Sequence record: OR455461.1
Length of the DNA stretch: 64,000 nucleotides
Strand: one strand, 5' to 3'
Under the pieces are notes generated by a model, which made no database searches, was not told where the DNA came from, and saw nothing but the letters and a program-made list of their open reading frames with translations. How positions within the stretch are numbered: the first letter of the stretch is position 1; each line of letters starts with the position of its first letter. The position numbers and the translations under genes are program-made. Of this stretch, positions 41,368 through 50,900 are shown piece after piece.

Positions 41368-43626
41368 TCATTCAAATATAAAATTAGTTGAACCTGTATC
41401 ATATACTTTATTTATATAAGTTTTATTTTTATCAATCTTATGTCTTATATAACTATCATTACTTGTACCTTTTAAGAAAGTCTTTTCAATAGGTAATTCA
41501 TTACCTACTTTATACATTCCAAATTTCTCAAATTTATAACATGTATATGAATCAGATTTTACATTAAAAGTTAGACTTGGAAATATCTTTTTAATTTTAA
41601 TTAAATCTGCGTCTGTATTTAAAAGTGAAATAAAATTATGTGATACATTAGTCTTATTATTAAAAGAAAATGCACAAATAATATAACCTTTATAATAAAG
41701 AGCGAAGAAGTCAGAATCTTTCCCATAAAAGTCTTCTGTTGAATGATTTTCAAAGAAATCTTTAAATGTAAAGAATCCCATAGATTTAATTTTTATATCA
41801 CCATAATCTAATACAGAATAATCATCTTTAAATAGTAACAATTGATGTAAGAATTTAGCATAATTCTTACCATCAATTCTTTTAGTTTCATTACGGATAT
41901 CATCATCAAATAAATTAAGAAGATGGTACCCTTTTTCTTTAAGTTCATTGTATTTCTTAAGTTGATGATATTTAGCATTTATATCAGATTTAGTTTCATT
42001 GGAATGATATTTAACTCCATTAACTTCAATAGCCAATTTATACTTTTCAGAGAGTATATCAATTTCTTTACCATCTAACAAATCTCTATTCTGTCTTTCT
42101 ATATCAAAACCTAAATATTTCATTTCATCAGATACTTTTGATTCAGCAATAGAAGATTTTCCATTACTACATGACGGACAATTAATACCTTTTTCTATTA
42201 AATCATTTGCATTTATTTTAAATTCACCATGGTCTTTACATATTACTATTGATCTTTCATATTTATCGTTAGGTCTAAATTTACTCATATTATATTTATC
42301 TTTACCATGTTTAATATTTGCAAGTGTTTGATATACTTCAGTCTTTTCTTCTTCAGTATAATCAAAGTTATTAAGATTTTTAATCTTAGTATTAAGTGAC
42401 TTTATACGTTTATACTCTTTTAATTCCTGAACAGAATATTTTCTCTTATTCTTTATTTTTGGTATTGATACTGATACTGAAACTATTTCTTTTTGATCTT
42501 CATTTGAATCTTTAACTTTATCTTTAACTTTATCTTTAACTTTATCTTTAACTTTATCTTTAATATTATCCTTAACTTTATCAATATCAAAATTATTAGA
42601 GATTTCTCTTTCTATATTTTCTTTCTTCATATTCTTTTTAATTTTCGGTGTTTTCTTTATACCTTTAAGTAATTTCTCAGTTTCTTCTTCACGTTTCTTT
42701 TTATTATTCTCTACGATTTTTTCCCAGTCTTTATCTATACTAAGTTTTTCTTCTTCACATTTAGGACAAGCTAATTTTTTATCAAATAACATTTCGTGTA
42801 TAGATGTTTTAAATTCACCATGTTTTTCACATATAATTGGTTGAATATCTTTTTCGTTAATAGGTCTAAATTTAGAAAAATCATAGTTTGTATTATTAGC
42901 TTTATTTAGAGCTAAATCATAAATATGGTTTTTCTCATCTTCTGTATAATCTTTAGTCAATTCTAAAAATAAATCAGGATCTATGTCTTTTAAATTATTA
43001 AAGATATTTTCAGTAGTTGCAACTTCTCCATCTTTCTTACAACCTGGACAGCCATCAAGATTATTTATAAGAAAATTTTTAACTGAACTTTTAAAGCTAC
43101 CATGTTTTTCACAGACTATATTTTGTTTAGTATTTATACTGTTCGGTTTAAAATTAGATACATCATAAGGAGAATATAGTCCATATTTAGCTATTGTAAT
43201 ATTATAGAAGAATAAATATTTTTCTTCTTTACTTTTATTCTTTAAATATCTAACTTTATCTTTCATTTTAGTAGAGCTATTTAAGAAAAATGTATAAGGT
43301 TCTAAAAATTCATTAGGATCTTCTACCATAGGAGATTCAAGTCGCTTAGTTCTTTCTTTATTTTTTAAAAATTTCTCAGCGTTAACTTTATTTTCATTTT
43401 CTCCTGATTCAATTATTCTTAAACAGCTTTCAAAATAATTATCGAACCATTCTTTACTTTTAGTATATTTAATCATTCTTATTTTAAAATCTTCAGATAT
43501 TTTTCCTTTATATGTTACTTTTACTTTATCTTCATTTATTTGATAATCTTTATCATTATCTATATTAAATGTATAGTCATTACCTAATTTTTCTTTAAAG
43601 CTTTCTCTTAATTTTTTACCTAACAT
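41368..43626 (-). CDS. Free-standing homing-endonuclease-like protein (repeated CxxHG Zn modules plus PD-(D/E)XK domain)
   Basis: Three C.KHG.F...CP.C modules; EIDILSEKYKLAIEVNGVKYHS. Confidence 0.75.
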   Translation of the reverse strand: MLGKKLRESFKEKLGNDYTFNIDNDKDYQINEDKVKVTYKGKISEDFKIRMIKYTKSKEWFDNYFESCLRIIESGENENKVNAEKFLKNKERTKRLESPMVEDPNEFLEPYTFFLNSSTKMKDKVRYLKNKSKEEKYLFFYNITIAKYGLYSPYDVSNFKPNSINTKQNIVCEKHGSFKSSVKNFLINNLDGCPGCKKDGEVATTENIFNNLKDIDPDLFLELTKDYTEDEKNHIYDLALNKANNTNYDFSKFRPINEKDIQPIICEKHGEFKTSIHEMLFDKKLACPKCEEEKLSIDKDWEKIVENNKKKREEETEKLLKGIKKTPKIKKNMKKENIEREISNNFDIDKVKDNIKDKVKDKVKDKVKDKVKDSNEDQKEIVSVSVSIPKIKNKRKYSVQELKEYKRIKSLNTKIKNLNNFDYTEEEKTEVYQTLANIKHGKDKYNMSKFRPNDKYERSIVICKDHGEFKINANDLIEKGINCPSCSNGKSSIAESKVSDEMKYLGFDIERQNRDLLDGKEIDILSEKYKLAIEVNGVKYHSNETKSDINAKYHQLKKYNELKEKGYHLLNLFDDDIRNETKRIDGKNYAKFLHQLLLFKDDYSVLDYGDIKIKSMGFFTFKDFFENHSTEDFYGKDSDFFALYYKGYIICAFSFNNKTNVSHNFISLLNTDADLIKIKKIFPSLTFNVKSDSYTCYKFEKFGMYKVGNELPIEKTFLKGTSNDSYIRHKIDKNKTYINKVYDTGSTNFIFE
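42509..42580. repeat. 12-bp tandem repeat encoding (KDKV)n
   Basis: TCTTTAACTTTA x4 plus two degenerate copies. Confidence 0.85.
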
Positions 43627-43715
43627 ATCATGTTCATCTCCATATTATAATATTAAGATTATATTTTAATAATCTCAAATTTATAATATATATTTAAAAC
43701 GTAAAATAAAATAAT

Positions 43716-43743
43716 CCCAATATCTAATTTAATAGATATTGGG
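43716..43743. repeat. Palindrome copy with a compensatory change
   Basis: CCCAATATCT-AATTTAAT-AGATATTGGG. Confidence 0.8.
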
Positions 43744-44180
43744 AAATATGTATAAATTAACCCTAACCTCTTCGACTAATTCAAAATCAATCTGTAGGTT
43801 AGGGTTAATGTTACTTTTACGAGAAAAGTATAAAGTTGCTTTAATAATTTTTTATATCCTATAAAGCATAAGAAGGATTAAAGAAACCAATATATGCATG
43901 GAACATATTAGGAATCTTATAGTGATATTTTAATAGTCTAGTTTTTCTTATATTAGGAACTAAAACTAGAAAACCTAAAGTGTATTAAAGTCAGATACTT
44001 ATCACAAATTAATGTAAAATAAGTCCTCTTTAATACTTCTTTTTTAATACTTTTTTACAACTAAAGATATGCCTTAACTTTAGTTGAATCTAATAAATTA
44101 AGTTTGGCATATCACTTAATTTATATTTTATTTATAGCAGGTCTGCAGCCAAGCTATAAGGATGATTAATCCTATAGGGT

Positions 44181-44265
44181 TGTTCCTAATGAGATTCGAA
44201 CTCATAACCTACAGATAAATTTTAATTCATAAATCTGTACGCTCTGACCATTGAGCTATAGGAAC
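44181..44265 (-). tRNA. tRNA-like RNA with an expanded (20-nt) anticodon loop; identity undetermined
   Basis: Acceptor GTTCCTA/TAGGAAC, D arm GCTC-AATGGTCA-GAGC, T arm ATGAG-TTCGAAT-CTCAT, anticodon stem TACAG/CTGTA around a 20-nt loop. Confidence 0.7.
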
Positions 44266-44625
44266 ATAGAAATTTAAAAAAAAATTAAAAGAGTACATTT
44301 ATCATCTATGCACTCTTTTAAGTAAATAAATATATAATAATATCTATTAATTTTTAATTATACGTAAGGAGGCGTATGGATTTCTATTTAAAACCATGAC
44401 ATATTAAAAATAGAAACAAGAGAAACCAAAGAAACATTTTTAAACCAACAACGAGTGACAAAGTAAGTTATAATAGAATTTAATCTATTATATTTTTTAG
44501 TTAAATCAAAAACTAAAAAAAATCTATAATAATTTGACGAGAATCATTATAGATTTATACTATATAGTTAATTAATATTTTTAAATAAAATTTTTTTAAT
44601 AAATAGGAATTTTAGACCAAAAAAA

Positions 44626-44695
44626 AGCTTATCCGAGGGATCGAACCCCGGACACATGATGAAAATCATTGCTCTACCAACTGAGCTAGATAAAC
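44626..44695 (-). tRNA. tRNA-like RNA with a shrunken (4-nt) anticodon loop; body resembles tRNA-Phe
   Basis: Acceptor GTTTATC/GATAAGC, D arm GCTC-AGTTGGTA-GAGC, ATGAT-TTTC-ATCAT, T arm CGGGG-TTCGATC-CCTCG; no encoded CCA. Confidence 0.7.
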
Positions 44696-44779
44696 TTTCT
44701 TCATTATTATAATATATGTTTATATTTCACTATATTACGCTTTTAATAAATATAATCTTCTATATCAATTTCATTTTGT

Positions 44780-46027
44780 TTAATTGTCATATATTCCTGA
44801 ATTATGATAATACAATTTTCTTTTATTATCAAAAATTTTCATGGGTTCTTTGATTTCTATTTTATCTTTCATTTTTAAATAATGACTATATTTCATATTA
44901 TCTAAAGAATTTGTTTTTACTTCTTTTTTGATAATATTTTCTAATTTTTCTTTTAAATTATAATTTTCATTCTCATATAAAAATACAGTAGAAAATTTAT
45001 TTTCTAAAAGAAATAGAGCTTTTTCTTGATGATAATATTTATCTTTAAATATTTCTGAATGCCAGTAAGCTCCATTACATTCGATAGCTATTTTTTCTTT
45101 AATATCATCAATATATAAAATTATATCAATTTCTCTTTTACCAATAAATTTATTATTTTCAATATGATAACTATAATTTTCGTTGTCTAAAATTTCTTTT
45201 AATTCATCCAATACATTAATTTCAAATAATGAACGTTGTTTAGAATTACATTTACAACCTCTAGGACGATATCTATCATAATTTATATAATCTTTAAAAA
45301 TAGTATTACATTTATTACATCTAAATGAATATATAAATTCTGAATTTATACCTTTAAATTCATCATAAGTGTTTAAAATGTCTATATCATATTTTTTTAA
45401 TAAATTCTTTAAATTATAATAAGTTTTATTTTTTCTAATTTTATTTAATTTTTCTTTTATGGTGTCATTTTTCATAGGATTGTCTACACCATATCTATTG
45501 ATAAAAGATTCTTTTATTATATTTGACATATTAGGTATTTCATAAATATTATTAGCATCAAATTTATTTTTTATTTGATCTTTAATATTTATGAAATTCC
45601 CATTATTTTTTAAAGTATTATGTGATTTAGAAGATATTACTTTATTTTTCATAGGATTGTCTACACCATATTTATCAATAAAAGCTTTCTTTCTTTTAAT
45701 ATTAAAATCTTCTATTTTATTCATATTGCTTGTTCCATACTTATCTTTTAAAGTTTTTCTTCCTTTTTCATATTTTTCAGGATCTTTCATAGAACAACTT
45801 CTAGAACAATATACTCCTAATTTATGTTTATTTTTTACAAATTTAACTTTATTTTTTCTACAATACTTACAGTAAATTACAGAATTTATATCATTTCTTA
45901 TATAGTACATTCTTTCAGATAAATTTACATCTTTAAATTCATTTAAAAAATCAGTGTATTTAATAATATCATTTTTATATTTATTTAAAGCAGGTCCTTT
46001 TATTTTCTTAATTTGTTCTAATTGCAT
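44780..46027 (-). CDS. Free-standing homing-endonuclease-like protein (Zn ribbons, YGVDNP repeats, PD-(D/E)XK domain)
   Basis: CKYC...YCSRSC, two YGVDNPMKN repeats, CNKC, REIDII...IAIECNGAYWHS; begins 35 nt after the RNAP beta' stop. Confidence 0.75.
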   Translation of the reverse strand: MQLEQIKKIKGPALNKYKNDIIKYTDFLNEFKDVNLSERMYYIRNDINSVIYCKYCRKNKVKFVKNKHKLGVYCSRSCSMKDPEKYEKGRKTLKDKYGTSNMNKIEDFNIKRKKAFIDKYGVDNPMKNKVISSKSHNTLKNNGNFINIKDQIKNKFDANNIYEIPNMSNIIKESFINRYGVDNPMKNDTIKEKLNKIRKNKTYYNLKNLLKKYDIDILNTYDEFKGINSEFIYSFRCNKCNTIFKDYINYDRYRPRGCKCNSKQRSLFEINVLDELKEILDNENYSYHIENNKFIGKREIDIILYIDDIKEKIAIECNGAYWHSEIFKDKYYHQEKALFLLENKFSTVFLYENENYNLKEKLENIIKKEVKTNSLDNMKYSHYLKMKDKIEIKEPMKIFDNKRKLYYHNSGIYDN

Positions 46028-46062
46028 ATTATCACCCTTTCTAAAATGATAATATATATTTA

Positions 46063-47617
46063 TTAATAAATATAATCTTCGATGTCTATTTCATTTTGTT
46101 TAATTGTCATATCATGGAAAGACTTCATAGAGCTTGTTACAATTGCTTGAGCTACCTGATTGACTAATAAACCAATATTTTCTATACCTAATTTGTAAGG
46201 GAGTTCTCCTGCACATTTACTACAGATATCTTCACTTGCACAATACATAGGACTTCTGAAGTTCAATACTTTCCCAATATGCTCATCTACATTTGAAGTA
46301 GTTAACAGTGTTAATTGACCTTTTCTTCCTGAATTATCTTCAAAATATCTATAAAGTAAAAGATTCGCATTATCTTTAGTTAAAGTTAATTTTAATGTAT
46401 GTTTTGTTCTACAATCAGAACCTTGTTTATCTAATACAGTTGTTTGGAAAGCAGACATAAGTTTTTTAGCTTGATCATTTTATTATCTATATTTTATTAT
46501 AGATTAGACTATATCTTATGAATTTAATCATTTCTATATTTAGTCGTTGAACAACTTAATAAAGTTGATGCTAGTTAGTTTTTAACATTCTAGCAATTAA
46601 TAGAATTTATTGTGAGCATCTAATTTACCCACCTTCTTGAGTCATTTATGTTAATCTATATTAATTTAATATAGATCAGACTATATCAAAAACTCTTTAT
46701 GAGTTTAATTATATTTAGTCGTTGAACAATCATTCTGATTGATGCTGATTAAGTTTATCTCTTCTCAGCAATTAATAATTTTTCTATTATTACATTACTA
46801 TAATAAAGGGCATTCATATACCTAAAGCACGTCCAGCTGAACCAGCAGTCATAATGTCTCCAAACATATATAGTTCTTCTGGATCAATTCCATCAGCTAA
46901 AGAACTCTTAGCAATACGTATTTTACTAGGATCAGCGAAGTTTTTATTTGCTCCACGTATTAATGCAGTTAACTTGAAGTTATTTCCAAAACTACCTCTT
47001 GATCCACTATCATAAATATCAAGGTCTGCTAAACCTTCTAATTCTTCTTTACTTAACTTAATTAATTCTTTTTCAATAGCACTAATAGCATTCAATTCTT
47101 CACCAGGAGTATTTAATGCTTTACCATATTTCTCTAGTAATTCTTCTTTCTTTTGTTTAACTTTATCAGGAGCAACCATCATTGTAGTTGTCAAACTAGA
47201 ATTAATAAATCCTGCTATAGAGAAACCAAGCCATTGAAGTTTATCAATATACATATTCATATCTTTAGTTGTAATAACATCATTAAGTAATAAACTAGAT
47301 AACTCAGATTGTAGATTTCCTACACCTGATCCTCCCATATCTTTATTCATATATCCTATAATAGGTCCTATTTTATTGTCTAATATAAATTTATTAAATA
47401 TATATCTTCCAACTGTTGTTCTTTCATCTTTACTATTATAAACTAAATCTTTTTTAAGTTTAAATCTATCGCTAGGATTAAACATTGGTTGTGTATTTTG
47501 TCTAAATGCAAATAATTCTTTAAGTTTATCAAGAGTAATATCTTCTTTTTTTATACTTAATAAAGTTGATACTTCTTTCTCAGATAAATCTTTTTTATCA
47601 TAAGTCATATTAACCAA
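46063..47617 (-). CDS. Virion RNA polymerase beta'-like C-terminal subunit (phiKZ gp80-like), spliced, 408 aa
   Basis: Exons 47617-46820, 46642-46627 and 46475-46063 total 1227 nt in frame. The join gives GRALG-TQEGGY-QAKKL (bridge-helix equivalent); also TTVGRYIFN and DSGSRG. Confidence 0.85.
46476..46626 (-). mobile_element. Group I intron (151 nt, ORF-less) in beta'
   Basis: Exon end GUGGGU pairs with IGS GCUCAC; P4 UGCUAG/CUAGCA, P7 GACUA/UAGUC, terminal G; splicing rebuilds a TAT codon. Confidence 0.9.
46643..46819 (-). mobile_element. Group I intron (177 nt, ORF-less) in beta'
   Basis: P1 GGUAU/AUGCC with U.G, P4 UGCUGA/UCAGCA, R GUUCAACGACUA, S GAUAUAGUCU, terminal G. Confidence 0.9.
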
Positions 47618-47650
47618 TTTAATTTCACTTCTTTCATATATTATTTGTAA

Positions 47651-47662
47651 TATTTGAATGTT
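47651..47662 (-). promoter_or_regulatory. AR9-type late promoter motif before the RNAP beta' gene
   Basis: AACA-TTCAAA-TA on the minus strand. Confidence 0.6.
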
Positions 47663-47886
47663 ATCGTCAATTTTATATTTTTGTAATTTATAAAAATATC
47701 TCGTAAAAAATTTGAAAACGCCCGGAATATTATATTTATATAATAATATAATTATTATAATATATTAAAATATTTAAATATTTTAATATATAAAAAATAT
47801 AATATTAGAGGGGGTATATTTAGATTTTGATTATATCAAAATCTAATAAATTATTTCTTCTTAAATTACATAAGAAAGATAAAGAA

Positions 47887-47898
47887 AACAAGTACATA
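47887..47898 (+). promoter_or_regulatory. AR9-type late promoter motif AACA-N6-TA before the RNAP beta gene
   Basis: AACA-AGTACA-TA; one of 15 matches found before gene starts. Confidence 0.6.
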
Positions 47899-47933
47899 TA
47901 TAAATTTATTAAATGAAAGGAATTGAATAATAA

Positions 47934-50900
47934 GTGAAGTATCTTAATAGATTAAAGAATTTAAAATTCTATTCAATTTCAGGATATAAGATTAAAGCTA
48001 TAGATGAAAATATTAAGGATCAAAAGAAAAACCAATTAATAATTTATAAAGGTTTTAAAGAAAATTCATTTATAGAATTCTTAAATAGTGGTATATTATA
48101 TTATCAAAATTTCAAGAATATTTATACTCCTAGAATATATAGAACAGCAAATAGAAAATCAAGATTAATTACTAATATTTCAGATTATCAACAAGAAATT
48201 AAAAGTAAATCAATTAAATCTTATAGAGTTGAAAGAAATGAGAAATTATTTAAAGGAAGAAACTATATAGTTGATTCAAGTAAATTTATCAATCTTGAAG
48301 ATAAATCTTTAATGACTAAGAATTTTAAAACTGTATCAGATTCAATTAAAAATACTTATAATAATTTAAATAATCCAGAAGAATATGAAAATTTATTATA
48401 TGTAATTAATGTAGATGGATACAATAAATCTTCTCAAGAAGCTATTAGACCAAATACAAAAGATTTTATGTCAAGTTTATTTATGATGATTAAGAATCAG
48501 GAAGAATTACCTCATAAAGAAAATCAAAATGTAGTAGCTTTATTTATTTCTATTGAGAACGGTATAATGTTTAAATTTGATTTTAAAGATTATAATAAAT
48601 TCAATAATAGATTAAGACAAAGATTAAGAAGAGCTATTGATTTAAATACACAACAAATAGATACAGATGAAATTTCTAATGTTGAAGATGATGATAATAC
48701 AGAAGCTATAGATTCAACTATTAAAAAGAAATCATTTAGCAATGTTAAAGATATTGATCCAGTTGAATTACAAGATAAGAATGAAGATGAAGTTAATCAG
48801 GATATTGAAGATTCTAAGATGGAAAAAATATCTAAGAAAATAGATGATACATTAAGATATATTAAATCTAATGATAATATTGATATGGATATTAATGATG
48901 AATATAATATTGCAATGATAATTGAAAAAGAATTAAACAATAATAATGATCTTATTGATATTGATGAAGATACATTATACAATGATGTACTTGATAAGAA
49001 TGATTCATTTAAATCAATTAAAAGAGATATTAAAAATAAATCATATATTGGAGACACTGCATTAAAGAATTCTAAAAAGATATTATCACTAGCTAAAAAT
49101 CAAGATGAATATCTTGAAAAATTAGAAGATTTTAGTTTCTCTGAAGATAGTATTATTGATAGAGAAATTAATGAAAATGTCAATAGTATTAATGATGAAG
49201 CAATAAACAATGTATCTTCAAATGATTTTGACTTATCTTATATGAAAAAGACATTTAATAAAGACTTTGTAAATATTATGAAGAGTTTTAATGATAAGGA
49301 AGAAATACCAGTATTCATTAACAAAATGAATGTAGAAGATAATTCAGATTCTCAATCATTAAAGAATACTGTAAAAGTTCAATTTAAGAGTCCTGATGGA
49401 ATTAACCATAATGTAAAATTTGATGTACCTAAAATTATTGATGGTAAATATTTAAAATTAAATGGTGGTAAAAAGGTTCTAACTAAACAATTAATGATGT
49501 ATCCTATTGTTAAATATAGACCAGATACAGTTTGGATTACAACTAATTATAATAAATTTATCATTGAAAAATTTGGTACTAAAGAGAATTCTGAAACTGA
49601 ATGGCTTAAAAAAGTTATTGAAGATAAACAAGTACTAGAATACATTAAAGATAAAAATGATATTAATATTCAAAAAGGTAACTCATCTTTAATTAATAAA
49701 GAATATTTAACTTCTGTGTTGTATAATAATTTATCTAAAAATATATTAAGATTCTCTAAAGATGATTTGATAATTGATTTTAATCAAAGAAATCTTAAAA
49801 AAGTTATTTCAGAAAGTAAAACTTTAAGTGAAATTGATTATGATAAAGATAAATACTATCCTATCGGTTATAGTTCAAACAAATCTAAATTAATATTGTC
49901 AAATACTACAGAATCTATTATTTTTAAAGCTACTAAAAGTAATATAGAATCTATGAATATTAATATTACAGATTATATTATTGAACAACTTGAAGATAAT
50001 ATTGATTTTAGTCTAATAGATAAAAAATTCAGTAAAAATATTCAAGCTAGTAAAACAATGGCATTTTCTCGTGTTAAAATTACTAATAAATTAATTCCTA
50101 CAATAGTATTATTAGGTTTCTATAAAGGTTTAACTAGTATTCTTGATCTTTATGAAGTTGATTATAAGTTTGTTGAAGAAAATGAAAGAATAACTATTAA
50201 AGATAAGAAGAATAAAATTAAATTCCAAAATGGTTATCTTATTTATTCAACAGATAAATTAAGATATGATTTATTATTATCAGGATTAAATACTATTCCT
50301 ACTTCACAATATGACTTTGAAGAATTTAATAGTGAAACACCTTACTTAGAATACTTTAATGATAAGTTCTATAGTCGTAATGTTGGTAAAGGAATTAAAA
50401 ATGCATTAGATTTAGCAATGGATCCTATTACAGAAGATGTATTAAGAGATTTAAAATTACCTGAAACTATGGTTGAGTTATTACTCTTAGCTAATACCAT
50501 GCTAGAAGATGTAACTGCTAGAGAACACAATGACATGGGAATATATCGTGTACGTGGTCCAGAACAAGTTAATGCTTTAATGTATAAAATGATTGCAAAT
50601 GCATATAAAGAATATTCTGACTCTTACAATAATAAGAATCCTAAGAATATTTCAGTTAAACAAGACCAATTAATTAAAACTATTATGGAACAACCTACTG
50701 TAGATGAAGTATCTGATCTTAATCCATCTTTAGAGATTGATAAGATGACTTCAGTAACTTTTAAAGGTCCAGCAGGACGTAATAATGAACAATCATATGA
50801 ACCTGATATTCGTTCATATAGTGAAAGTATGCAAGGCGTATTAGGAATATCTAGTCCTGATAGTAATAAAATTGGGGTAGTTAGACAGCTTTCATATAAT

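Noticed and set aside
44130-44180. Possible HDV-like (theta) ribozyme 3' of the tRNA-like RNA
   Set aside because: Only simple hairpins are visible; the nested double pseudoknot and catalytic C context could not be built.
44366-44399. Plus-strand micro-ORF MDFYLKP after AAGGAGG
   Set aside because: The SD-to-ATG spacing is only 3 nt and the SD sits in a hairpin loop; better explained as the complement of a minus-strand anti-SD loop.
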